In this document: piece after piece, positions 26,732 through 37,532 of the stretch
Layout of the letters: the number at the start of each line of letters is the position of its first letter
Numbering within the stretch: the stretch's first letter is position 1
NCBI GenBank assembly: GCA_965220745.1
Contig: CBDCQT010000011.1
Coordinates: 576,001-640,000 of the forward strand
Length of the DNA stretch: 64,000 nucleotides
Origin: Alphaproteobacteria bacterium
GTDB lineage: Bacteria; Pseudomonadota; Alphaproteobacteria; UBA828
Direction: 5' to 3'
Program-made: the position numbers and the translations under genes
The notes under the pieces: model-generated
Databases searched by the model: none
The model's input: the letters and a program-made list of their open reading frames with translations, nothing else
What the model was told of the DNA's origin: nothing

Positions 26732-28675
26732 ATGGCTTCGACTTCCACAGCGCGCCGCGCCGTGCGGCAGATCAAGGACCAGGACAAGCCCAAGCCGGCC
26801 GCCAGAAAGCGCGGCAACGGTGCTGCAGGCGCCGTCGATTCGATCACCTTCTCCGTCATCCTCAATCGCTTCTCCACCATCGCGAACGAGATGACGCTGA
26901 CCATGGAGAAGACCGCCTGGACCTCGATCATCGCGCTGGCACGCGACTTCTCCTGCGCGATCTACGACGCCAAGGCCCGGCAGATCTGCATGCAGGATGC
27001 CCTGCCGATCCACACGAATTCCCTGCACGTCGTGCTGGGCGAGATCGCGCGGGTCTTCGAGGGCGATATCCACGACGGCGACGTCATCGTCTGCAACGAC
27101 GCCTACAGCGGCAACACCCATATCGGCGATTTCGTCACCGCTTGTCCCGTGTTCCACCAGGGCAAGCACATGTTTTGGAGCGTGGCGAAGGGCCATCAGC
27201 TCGATTGCGGCGCGTATATCCCGACCAGCGTGCCGGCGCCCGCCAGGGATGTCTGGCAAGAGGGGCTGCAGCTACCGCCGATCAAGTTCTACGAGAAGGG
27301 CCAGCGGCGCGAGGACGTGGTGCGCATGTACCTCGCCAACGTGCGCTGGCAGGAATGGCTCTACGGCGACCTGATGGCGCAGCTCGGCTCGATCTGGACC
27401 GGTCGGCGTCGCCTCGTCGAGCTTGCGGCGCACTACGGCAACGACACGATCGAGCGCTACGCCGAGGCGATCCTCGATTACTCCGACAGGCGGATGGCCG
27501 ATGAAATCCGCGCCATCCCCGACGGCGACTACGACGGCATGTCGTGGCTCGACTCGGACGGCCATGGCATGACGAACATCCAGGTCGGCGCCCGGGTCTC
27601 GGTGCGGGGCGAGAACGTGCACATCGATTTCTCGAATTCGGATCCGCAGGTTCCGAGTGGGAACAACTCGTCTTACGGCGTGATGCAGGCTGCGGCGGGT
27701 ATCCCGGTGCTCTGCTCCATCGACCCCACCATTCCTCACAACGACGGCTGCCTCAGGCACATCACGGCGGACGCGCCCAAGGGCACCGTCTGCAACGCCG
27801 AGTACCCGGCGTCCACGGCGCTCGCCACCGTGGGGCCCGGCGATACCATGCAGGAGGCGGTGTGGAAGGCGCTCGCCCACGCCGTGCCGGAGCGCGTCAT
27901 GGGCGGCAGCGGCAAGGACGGCAACCTGCCGATGTTCTCCGGCACGGATACGCGGAGCGGCAAGCCGGTCGACTGGGGCTGCATGCTGTTCAATGGCGCG
28001 CCCGCCGGCGGCGCCACGTCGTCGGCCGACGGCTGGCCGCTGATCATGACCTCGGCCGGCATGGGTGGCCTCAAGATCATGAGCGTCGAGCTCTGCGAGC
28101 TGTTCTACCCCTACCGCATCGACCGCCAGGAAATCGCGGCCGATTCTATGGGGCACGGCAAGCACATCGGCGGCCCCGGCGTGGATATCCAGGTCAGCCC
28201 GACCGACGGCGGCTTCCAGGTCGAGCTCTTCGGCGAGGGCCAGGGCAACCCGCCCTTCGGCGTGATGAACGGCACGCCCGGCATCGGCGGCGGTAGTTAC
28301 AAGGAGAATTTGGAGACCGGCAAGCGGACCTATTTCTCCTCCAAGGGCCGCTTCTATATCGGAGAGAACGATATCTGGGCGGGCACGTCGAGCGGGGGCG
28401 GCGGTTACGGCGACGCGCTGGAGCGCGATCCGGAAGCCGTGCTGGAGAGCGTTTTCGACGGCATGCTGTCGCTCGAATGCGCCGAAGACGTCTACGGCGT
28501 CGTGATCAACCGGGCGATGATGACCATCGACCGGGCCAAGACCGAGAAACTGCGCGCCAAGATGGCGGCCAAGCGCGGCCCGCTCCAGGTGACCTCGCCC
28601 AGCCGTCCCGGTGCCGCCGACTGGATTCAGAGAAAGCTGCGCCAGGGCGACGAATACCTCGTGGACGCGCAATAG
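26732..28675 (+). CDS. Hydantoinase B / oxoprolinase subunit, paralog B3
   Basis: DSITFSVI, RDFSC, NTHIGD, KGHQLD, GGGGYGD. Confidence 0.93.
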   Translation: MASTSTARRAVRQIKDQDKPKPAARKRGNGAAGAVDSITFSVILNRFSTIANEMTLTMEKTAWTSIIALARDFSCAIYDAKARQICMQDALPIHTNSLHVVLGEIARVFEGDIHDGDVIVCNDAYSGNTHIGDFVTACPVFHQGKHMFWSVAKGHQLDCGAYIPTSVPAPARDVWQEGLQLPPIKFYEKGQRREDVVRMYLANVRWQEWLYGDLMAQLGSIWTGRRRLVELAAHYGNDTIERYAEAILDYSDRRMADEIRAIPDGDYDGMSWLDSDGHGMTNIQVGARVSVRGENVHIDFSNSDPQVPSGNNSSYGVMQAAAGIPVLCSIDPTIPHNDGCLRHITADAPKGTVCNAEYPASTALATVGPGDTMQEAVWKALAHAVPERVMGGSGKDGNLPMFSGTDTRSGKPVDWGCMLFNGAPAGGATSSADGWPLIMTSAGMGGLKIMSVELCELFYPYRIDRQEIAADSMGHGKHIGGPGVDIQVSPTDGGFQVELFGEGQGNPPFGVMNGTPGIGGGSYKENLETGKRTYFSSKGRFYIGENDIWAGTSSGGGGYGDALERDPEAVLESVFDGMLSLECAEDVYGVVINRAMMTIDRAKTEKLRAKMAAKRGPLQVTSPSRPGAADWIQRKLRQGDEYLVDAQ

Positions 28676-28700
28676 CGCGACGACGCACCGCACAGGGAGA

Positions 28701-29174
28701 ATGACGATGGCCGAATTGACCCTCGAGGAACAGGTCGCGCGACTCACCGCGATCGAGGACATCAAGCGGATGAAGGCGCAGTACTGCTACTACGCCGATC
28801 ACGGCTACGATCCGGACGGCCTGGCGAGCCTCTTCGTCGAGGACGCCCTCTGGGACGGCGGCGACTTCGGTGTCTACGAGGGCAAGGAGGCGATCCGGGA
28901 GTTCTTCGCCGGCATCAAGGACGACATCGTCTTCGCGATCCACCCAGTGATGAACCCGATCATCACGGTGGACGGCGACACGGCGAACGCCAAGTGGTGG
29001 CTCATCATGTGGTGCACCATGATGGTCGACGGCGAGAAGAAGGCCCGCTGGTTTGCCGCCGAGTACGACGACGATCTGGTGAAGCGCGACGGCGAGTGGC
29101 TGTTCACCCACATCAAGGTTACGGGCAAGTTCATGGCCGAGCACGCCGAGGGCTGGGCAGCTCAGACCGGGTAG
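28701..29174 (+). CDS. SnoaL/NTF2-like protein, copy 2
   Basis: IEDIKRMKAQYCYYAD...LFVEDALWD...HPVMNP...DGDTA...YDDD...GEWLF. AGGGAG RBS; start 28701 or 28707. Confidence 0.85.
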   Translation: MTMAELTLEEQVARLTAIEDIKRMKAQYCYYADHGYDPDGLASLFVEDALWDGGDFGVYEGKEAIREFFAGIKDDIVFAIHPVMNPIITVDGDTANAKWWLIMWCTMMVDGEKKARWFAAEYDDDLVKRDGEWLFTHIKVTGKFMAEHAEGWAAQTG

Positions 29175-29224
29175 GCTGCCGCTGCGGCCAGCCGCTCCCG
29201 CGGTACCTTCGGGCAGATTTCGAG

Positions 29225-30448
29225 CTAACTCGGTAGCGCTCGGCCCTCATCCGGTGCGGGCCAGGAGGCGGGGCGGCCGTCGGCGGTCCAGACTCCCTTC
29301 GGCTCGGCCCGGCCGCTGGCGATCCCCGCGATCGGCACGATAACGGCGCGGGTGAAGAAGGCCTGCGCGCGGAAGCCGAAGATCACCGTATCGCCCACTG
29401 CGACGCGCTGGTGGGGCTCCGGCATAAGCTGGCCGTAATAGTCGATCATCGCCGGGTCCGGCGTGGCGGCGTCGACCTCCTGCGCGAGTGCCGCCTCCGG
29501 GTCCGGACCCACCAGCGCCTTGAGTGGGTAGGGCGCGAACACCGGGTCGATGTAGAGGCCGCCGCCGAAGCAATAGGCGCGGCCCTGGTGGAAGTGTGAG
29601 ACCTCCGTCAGGTAGAGCATCGCCGGGCGCTCCGGCAGGTCGGAGCGGGCGTGGAGCGGCGTCGTGCCGGTGAGCCCGTGGCCGGGCTCCACCTGGGTCG
29701 CGCCGCCATCTGCCAGCGCCGCCATCACCCTGGCCGACGTGGTGCCCGGCGCGTTGATGACGATATCGCGCCGGCCCTGCCCGCCGAGCCGTGACGCGGC
29801 CTCGCGCAGGGTCGCGAGATTGGGGGTTGGCTGCGCCTCGCCCGCGCCTTCGTCGAAGAGCAGGGCGGGGAACGTGGTGAGCCCGGCAAAGCGCCCGCCC
29901 GGCGTGCGATCGAGCGCATCCGCCACGGCCTCGACCACGTCGGCATCGAAGCCCCCCTCGTGGCCGGAGTAGAAGGTGTCGCCGGGCGCCTGGATGCGCG
30001 CGATCAGCGCCTGTTCGTGGCCGTGCGCCGCGGCGGCTTGCGCGGCCTCGGCCGCCTTCTCTTCGTTGAAGACGGTCCAGTAGTCGGCGCGCATGGCCGC
30101 GGCCTCCGCCGCCTCGTGGCGTGGGATCTGGCCGAGGTGGCCGATGTGGGCGAGTCCGTGGCCGTTCGCGTGGATCGGCCGCGCGCAGGCCATGTCGACC
30201 GCGACGAAGCGGTCGATCCCGCCCGCCTTGAGTGCATCGAGCGCCGGCGGATTGCGGCCGATCTGCTTGGTCATCGCCAGCACGTCGAGGCCGAGCCTCG
30301 CCGCCTCGGCGCTCATCAGGCGCGCGTTCTCGGTCACCGTGTCGAGGTCGAGCAGGTAGGCGCCGGCCGGCACCCGGCCCGCCTGGTGCAGCGCGACGGC
30401 CGCTTCGAGGAACGCCCGGTTGCGGGCTTTCAGCGCATCTAAGAACAT
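29225..30448 (-). CDS. YhfX-like PLP-dependent alanine-racemase-fold protein
   Basis: MFL...N, YLLDLD, AMTKQIGRNP (PLP Lys), HIGHL, GHEGGF, TFPALL, INAPG, EPGHGLTGTTP. Confidence 0.85.
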   Translation of the reverse strand: MFLDALKARNRAFLEAAVALHQAGRVPAGAYLLDLDTVTENARLMSAEAARLGLDVLAMTKQIGRNPPALDALKAGGIDRFVAVDMACARPIHANGHGLAHIGHLGQIPRHEAAEAAAMRADYWTVFNEEKAAEAAQAAAAHGHEQALIARIQAPGDTFYSGHEGGFDADVVEAVADALDRTPGGRFAGLTTFPALLFDEGAGEAQPTPNLATLREAASRLGGQGRRDIVINAPGTTSARVMAALADGGATQVEPGHGLTGTTPLHARSDLPERPAMLYLTEVSHFHQGRAYCFGGGLYIDPVFAPYPLKALVGPDPEAALAQEVDAATPDPAMIDYYGQLMPEPHQRVAVGDTVIFGFRAQAFFTRAVIVPIAGIASGRAEPKGVWTADGRPASWPAPDEGRALPS

Positions 30449-30570
30449 CGCCTGTCGACTCTCCCCTTGGTCGCCGCGTCCGCCGCGCCGCCTCGCCCGG
30501 CTGCTAGGCGCGTGATAGCGTGCGCGGCCGACGCCACCCTGCGTGTGGGCGGCCGCCACGTGGACGATAC

Positions 30571-31797
30571 ATGAGCGAGACCGACCACACGACGCCGGGC
30601 GCGGCGCCCTCCATCTACCCGCTGGTTCGCCTGCTCACCTCGCTGGTCCTCGTGACCATGGGCGGCGCCGCCATGTACGCGGTGATCGTGGTGCTCAAGC
30701 CCGTCTCCTTCGAGTTCGATGTGGGGCGCGGCGTCGCGTCGCTTCCCTACATGATGTTCATGGTGACGGGCGGGGTCGGCGGCGTGGTGATGGGGCGGCT
30801 TGCCGATCGTTTCGGTGTGATGATGCCGGCCTTGATCGGGTGCGTCGGCCTGCCCGCCGGTATGGCCGGCGCCGCCTTCGCCGAGGAGTTCTGGCAGTTC
30901 TGCGTCTCGCTCGGGGTGCTGTCCGGCCTGCTCGGCACGTCAGCCCTCTTTGCCCCGATGGCGGCCGACATCTCGCACTGGTTCACCCGGCGGCGCGGGC
31001 TCGCCGTCGCGATCGTGATTACCGGAACCTACTTGGCAGGCGCGCTCTGGCCGCCGATCGTCCAGGCCTCGCTCGATGCGCGGGGCTGGCGTGAGACCTT
31101 CGTCGCGATCGCCATTCTCATGGCGTGCGTCATGCTGCCGCTGATCGCGTTGCTCTACCGCAAGCCGGCCGCGCTGATCGAGGCGCAGGCGGCGCGCATG
31201 GCGCCCGGCGCAGGCAGACCGCTGGGCGTCGCCCCCGGCACGCTTCAATGCCTGATTTGCGCGGCCGGGCTCGGCTGCTGCATCGCGATGGCGGCGCCGC
31301 AGGTGCACATCGTCGCCCACGTCACCGATCTCGGATACGCCGCCCAGCACGGCGCCGCGATGCTCTCGCTCATGCTCGGCACCGGCATAGTGAGCCGGAT
31401 CGGCTCCGGCTTCATCTCGGACCGGATCGGCGGGCTGCGCACGCTGCTGCTGGGTTCGGTCCTGCAGGCTGTCACGCTGATGGCCTTCCTCGGCGCCGAC
31501 ACGCTCACCCTGCTCTACGTGGTCTCGGCCGTCTTCGGCCTCTCCCAGGGCGGGATCGTGCCGTCCTACACCATCATCATCAGGACGTTCTTCCCCGCGC
31601 ACGAGGCGGGCCGCCGGGTCGGCTGGGCGATGCTCTTCACGTTCGCAGGTATGGCGCTCGGCGGCTGGATGGCCGGTGCGCTGTACGACCTGACGGGCTC
31701 CTACACCGCGTCATTCATCAACGCGGTCGCCTTCAACGTGATGAACGCCGCGATCGTGGTCTTCCTGGCGCAGCGCCATCGGGCACTCGCCGCTTAG
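30571..31797 (+). CDS. MFS transporter
   Basis: About 12 TM segments with GRLADRFG and GFISDRIG motifs, WFTRRRGLA. Confidence 0.9.
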   Translation: MSETDHTTPGAAPSIYPLVRLLTSLVLVTMGGAAMYAVIVVLKPVSFEFDVGRGVASLPYMMFMVTGGVGGVVMGRLADRFGVMMPALIGCVGLPAGMAGAAFAEEFWQFCVSLGVLSGLLGTSALFAPMAADISHWFTRRRGLAVAIVITGTYLAGALWPPIVQASLDARGWRETFVAIAILMACVMLPLIALLYRKPAALIEAQAARMAPGAGRPLGVAPGTLQCLICAAGLGCCIAMAAPQVHIVAHVTDLGYAAQHGAAMLSLMLGTGIVSRIGSGFISDRIGGLRTLLLGSVLQAVTLMAFLGADTLTLLYVVSAVFGLSQGGIVPSYTIIIRTFFPAHEAGRRVGWAMLFTFAGMALGGWMAGALYDLTGSYTASFINAVAFNVMNAAIVVFLAQRHRALAA

Positions 31798-33656
31798 CCT
31801 GCTTCGGCCCTTTGCTGGCCGTTGCCGAGCCTCTCGCGGCGGAGCGCTTCGGTCGCCGCAACGTCGACGGCGAGGTCGTCGTCCTCTTCCGAACCCACGA
31901 TCACCACGCCGTAGAGTGCCTCCGCCTTGGCGCGGGAGACGTAGCGCTCGTTCACGTCACTCAGCACCCGCTCGGGCTCGCGCTCCAGCGGATCGCCGTA
32001 GCCGCCGCCGCCGTTGTCGATGGCGTGCAGCTTGGAGCCCGCCTCCAGGTGGCAGTAGGCGTCGGTCTCGTAGACCTCGCGCGTGCCGTCCGCCGCGATC
32101 TTGGCCTGATAGCCCGCCTGCGAAGGCAGGCCGCCGAGCACGCCCTGCGGCAGGATGGTGAGCCCGTTGCAGATGTTGATGACCAGCATGGGGTCGTGGC
32201 GCGGGCCGAAGATCACCTCCGAGGCCGGCCCGCCACGCCGGCGGCCGGCGCCGCATGAGTCCTTCAGCGCGCGCACGCTGTCGACCTGGAACGGGAAGCG
32301 CTGCTCGTTCACCTCGATGCTGTCGCGGTAGACGAGGCCCACGCTGACCGGGTTGACTAGGCCATGCATGCCGTCGGTCTCGGCCGAGGCCGCCATGCCG
32401 CCGGCCGACATAAACATCTGGTTGACGTAGGGGGCGCCCTCCCGCCGCCAGTCCTTGCCCGAGCAGACCCCGGTGCCCGCGCCGTTGCAGAAGTTGCCCT
32501 GGCTGAAGCCATAGCCGTCGCCGAGTTTGGCGAAGGCCGACTGGATCAGGTTGATGATCATGTCGGTCATGTTGGTGGTGGCGACCGAGCAGCTATGCGG
32601 GAAGCGCGGGATGCCGACCACGCAGTTCTCCCGGAGCAGCACTTCGAGCCGGCGGAAGCTGCCCGCGTTGTGCGGAATGTCGGAGTCGAGGCAGGCAAAG
32701 ACAGCCTGGGCCGCCGCCATTGTGGAGGTGACGCGGGTGAGGTTCATGCCGGCGTCCACGCAATCGGGATTGTCGCGCAGATCGACCGTGATGAAGCCGG
32801 CCTCGCCGTCGATGTCGATGGTCACCTTGATCGGGATGCCGTCGGGCAGGAACGGCTGGATCGGGTCGTGGCAGCCCTCGTTCTCAAGCCGCCCGCTGGG
32901 CAGCGCCCGGATCGACTCCCTGGCGCGCCGCTCCGAATAGTCGAGCCATTCGCCAATGAAGGCCCTGACCGCCTGGGCGCCGTACTTCTCGATGAACTCC
33001 TTGAGCCGCCGCTCGCCGATTCGCGCCGCCCCGATGGCCGCGAGGTAATCGCCGAACCACTGGTCGGGCACCCGGATGCGGCGCCGGCACATGCGGATGA
33101 TGTCGTCGATATCGCGATAGTCGCTCTGCACCTGGACGCAGGGGAAGATCAGCGCGCCCTCGTGATAGACGTCGGTGGCCGCGGCGAAGTAGGTGGTCGG
33201 CTGGCTGTTGCCCACGTCCGCCTGGTGGGCCTTGATGCCCACCGTGAAGAAATGCTCGCCCTCGTGGAACACCGGCACCAGGATCGTGTGGTCGGCCGCG
33301 TGGCTGTTGCCACCGTAAGGGTCGTTGTCGAGGAACGCATCGCCCTCGCGGAAATCCGGGTGCCTCTCGCTCATGATGGTGGTCTGGATGTTCATGCCGA
33401 AGACGTGGATCGGCATGGCCTCGGCGGTGGCCAGCACCTCGTGGTCCGAGGTGATGATGCCGCACGAAAAATCCCGCGCGATGCCGATGACGGCCGAGCG
33501 CGCGCTGTGCAGCACGGTGTTGGTCATCTCGCGGCAGATCGCATCCATGCGATTGGCCATGACCGCGAGGTTGAGGGCGCTCAGGCGCTCCTCGGTCTCG
33601 GCCGCAGCGGTGGCGGCGGGTACGGCGGCGGATGCGGCAAGCGATGAGTCGTCCAT
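31794..33656 (-). CDS. Hydantoinase B / oxoprolinase subunit, divergent paralog B4
   Basis: RDFSC, NDPYGGNSHAAD, KAHQAD, GAGRRRGG, GGGGYGDP. Confidence 0.92.
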   Translation of the reverse strand: MDDSSLAASAAVPAATAAAETEERLSALNLAVMANRMDAICREMTNTVLHSARSAVIGIARDFSCGIITSDHEVLATAEAMPIHVFGMNIQTTIMSERHPDFREGDAFLDNDPYGGNSHAADHTILVPVFHEGEHFFTVGIKAHQADVGNSQPTTYFAAATDVYHEGALIFPCVQVQSDYRDIDDIIRMCRRRIRVPDQWFGDYLAAIGAARIGERRLKEFIEKYGAQAVRAFIGEWLDYSERRARESIRALPSGRLENEGCHDPIQPFLPDGIPIKVTIDIDGEAGFITVDLRDNPDCVDAGMNLTRVTSTMAAAQAVFACLDSDIPHNAGSFRRLEVLLRENCVVGIPRFPHSCSVATTNMTDMIINLIQSAFAKLGDGYGFSQGNFCNGAGTGVCSGKDWRREGAPYVNQMFMSAGGMAASAETDGMHGLVNPVSVGLVYRDSIEVNEQRFPFQVDSVRALKDSCGAGRRRGGPASEVIFGPRHDPMLVINICNGLTILPQGVLGGLPSQAGYQAKIAADGTREVYETDAYCHLEAGSKLHAIDNGGGGYGDPLEREPERVLSDVNERYVSRAKAEALYGVVIVGSEEDDDLAVDVAATEALRRERLGNGQQRAEAG

Positions 33657-33792
33657 GGCGTGACACGCCTTCGTCGGTCTGGCCTAGGCGGCAAGCTTAG
33701 CACGTTGTGCCGGCGCCCCGCCCGCAGCGCTCCAAACAGCTCCGGCTCCGCGACTCTTGGGTGGCGCGCCCTTTCGGCGCGACGGCTTGTAG

Positions 33793-35046
<1,254 letters not shown>

Positions 35047-35173
35047 TTTCGCCCTGAGCGCCGCTCACGCAGCGTTGAGTTGCCGTGAGCGGCCGCCGGT
35101 GCCATTTCTCTCTGCAAGAGCCCCGCGCGTGGGCGCAGGGCAGAACGCAACTGGCATTCGCGGAGGGCCTTCG

Positions 35174-36166
35174 ATGCTGATCAAGATCAAGCGCGGCTGG
35201 GAGCTGCCGGACTCCGCCGCAACTCCAGAATCGGTGTTCATGAACCGGCGCACGCTGCTCAAGGGGCTCGCCACCGGCCCGCTGCTCGCGGCGGGCGCCG
35301 CGGTGCCGTTCGCGGGCGGCCTCGGCTCGGCGCTGGCGGACGAGGAGCAGGAAGACCCCTCGGCCCACCTCTATCCGGTCGAGCAGAACCCGGCCTACAC
35401 CCTTGACCGGCCGCTTACGCCGGAGGACTTCGCCACCACCTACAACAACTACTACGAGTTCGGCTCCTACAAGGAGATTTGGCAAAAGGCCCAGGCGCTC
35501 AAGATCCGGCCCTGGACGGTCGAGTTCGACGGGCTGGTGGAAGAGCCGATGACCATCGGCATTGACGATCTGCTGGCGAAGATGCCGCTGGAGGAGCGCC
35601 TCTACCGCCACCGCTGCGTCGAGGCGTGGTCGATCGCCGTGCCCTACAGCGGCTTCCCGCTCAAGGCGCTCGTCGATTTCGCGCGGCCCCTCGGCGATGC
35701 CAAGTATCTGGTCATGCAGACCTTCGAGGACGACGACGTGGCCGAAGGCCAGCGGCAGTTCTGGTATCCCTGGCCCTACATCGAGGGCCTGACGATGGCC
35801 GAGGCCACCAACGAGCTCTCCTTCATCGCCACCGGCTACTACGGCAAGCCGATCCCGAAGCAGAACGGCGCACCGCTGCGCCTCGCCGTGCCGTGGAAGT
35901 ACGGCTTCAAACACATCAAGGGCATCGTCCGCTTCAGCTTCACGGACGAGCGGCCGGTCTCCTTCTGGGAGGACCTCGCGGGCAACGAGTACGGCTTCTG
36001 GGCCAACGTCAATCCGCAGGTGCCGCACCCGCGCTGGAGCCAGGCCAACGAGCGCTTCTACGGGCCCGACGGGCAGGAGCGCCGCCCGACATTGCTCTAC
36101 AACGGTTACGGTGAGCAGGTCGCCTCGCTCTACGACGGCATTGAGAACGAGTTGATCTTCATGTAG
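35174..36166 (+). CDS. msrP: Protein-methionine-sulfoxide reductase catalytic subunit (Mo-pterin, Tat-exported)
   Basis: NRRTLLK Tat motif, YNNYYEFG, YRHRCVEAWS, QNGAPLRL.VPWKYGFK, EYGFWANVNP, HPRWSQA. Confidence 0.95.
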   Translation: MLIKIKRGWELPDSAATPESVFMNRRTLLKGLATGPLLAAGAAVPFAGGLGSALADEEQEDPSAHLYPVEQNPAYTLDRPLTPEDFATTYNNYYEFGSYKEIWQKAQALKIRPWTVEFDGLVEEPMTIGIDDLLAKMPLEERLYRHRCVEAWSIAVPYSGFPLKALVDFARPLGDAKYLVMQTFEDDDVAEGQRQFWYPWPYIEGLTMAEATNELSFIATGYYGKPIPKQNGAPLRLAVPWKYGFKHIKGIVRFSFTDERPVSFWEDLAGNEYGFWANVNPQVPHPRWSQANERFYGPDGQERRPTLLYNGYGEQVASLYDGIENELIFM

Positions 36167-36194
36167 CGCCGGCGCGACAGAGCATCGCGCGGAG

Positions 36195-36230
36195 GCCGCT
36201 CTGACCATTGGTCAGGGCGGCTTTCCTTTT
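36195..36230 (+). terminator. Rho-independent terminator after msrP
   Basis: GCCGCTCTGACC-ATT-GGTCAGGGCGGC followed by TTTCCTTTT. Confidence 0.8.
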
Positions 36231-36259
36231 GCTATGGGCGCGTAACCCTCTTTTTTGAT

Positions 36260-37447
36260 TCAGGCTGAATCGAACTCGTTGTCGTGGCGCTCGATGTAGC
36301 GGACGATCCGCTCCAGCCCCTCGCGCAGGGCCTCGTGCGAATGGGCGAAGCAGAGCCGGAAATGCTCCTCGTTGCCGGGGCCGAAGGTGTAGCCCGGCGC
36401 GATGCCGACGTCCTCCTCTGCGAGCACGCCCTCCACGAACGCGAGGCTCGACGAGAGCCCCCGCACGCGCGGAAAGGCATAGAACGCGCCCTGCGGCTCC
36501 GTGAGTTCGATGCGCGGGCAGCGCCCCAGCACCTCGGTCACGATCTCCCGTCCCCTAGCGTACTGATCGCGTAGCCGGACGACCGTCTCCTCGCCCCGCT
36601 CCAGCGCCGTGATCGCGGCCTGCTGCACGAATACGGTCGCCCCGGTGTTGAAACATTCGGAGAGGATTGCCCACGTCTCGGCGTGCCGGCTCGGCGCGAC
36701 CACCCAGCCGACCCGCCACCCGGTCATGGCCCAGGCCTTGGAGAACCCGCTCACGACGATGACCGGATCGTCGTCGCGTGCCAGCGTCATGAAGGAGGGC
36801 GCGACTTCGCCGTCATAGACGTTGCGATGGTAGACCTCGTCCGCGATCAGGAGGATGTTCCGCTCCCGGCAGAGAGCGAGCAGCTCGGCCTGCTGCTCGG
36901 CGGGCATCACCCAGCCGGTCGGGTTGCAGGGGGAGTTGACGAAGAGCGAGCGGGTGCGCGGTCGCAGCGCCGCGCGGATGTCGTCGAGATCGAGCTGCCA
37001 TCCGGCCTCCGATCGCCGCTGGTTCACATACGTCACCTCGGCGCCGGTCGCCCGGTAGGTGCTCTCGATGTTGGGCCAGACCGGGCCGATGATGATCGCG
37101 TGATCGCCGGTGGTCAGCGCCATCTGCGCGGCGATGGTGATGCCGAGCATGGTCGCGCCCGGCACGGTGATCCGGTCGGGATCGAGATCGATCCCGTAGA
37201 GGGCGTCAAGGTAGCGCTTCAGCGCGTCGCGCAGCGCCTGCTTGCCGCGGGTGTGGGTGTAGAAGGTGTCGCCCGCATCCAGCGCCTCCTTGGCCGCAGC
37301 GCGAATGAACTCGTCGGTCACGGCATCGCCCTCGCCGAACCAGAGCGCGATCACCTTGGGGTCGCCGATGCGGGTCAGGGCGACGCGGGTAATCCCGTTC
37401 TGCTCCAGGGCGGCGATTTCGGGGCGGAGGAAATCCATGACCATCAC
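36260..37447 (-). CDS. Class I/II PLP-dependent aminotransferase
   Basis: LWFGEGD, NSPCNPTG, ADEVY, SKAWAMTGWRVG, GAFY, RLCFA. Confidence 0.92.
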   Translation of the reverse strand: MMVMDFLRPEIAALEQNGITRVALTRIGDPKVIALWFGEGDAVTDEFIRAAAKEALDAGDTFYTHTRGKQALRDALKRYLDALYGIDLDPDRITVPGATMLGITIAAQMALTTGDHAIIIGPVWPNIESTYRATGAEVTYVNQRRSEAGWQLDLDDIRAALRPRTRSLFVNSPCNPTGWVMPAEQQAELLALCRERNILLIADEVYHRNVYDGEVAPSFMTLARDDDPVIVVSGFSKAWAMTGWRVGWVVAPSRHAETWAILSECFNTGATVFVQQAAITALERGEETVVRLRDQYARGREIVTEVLGRCPRIELTEPQGAFYAFPRVRGLSSSLAFVEGVLAEEDVGIAPGYTFGPGNEEHFRLCFAHSHEALREGLERIVRYIERHDNEFDSA

Positions 37448-37532
37448 CCGTGCTATGGCGGCTGCACTCTATCGACCCCGGCCCGAACGGGGGACTGGGC
37501 TGGACCGGGGAGGCCTCATCGCGCGTGCCGCA

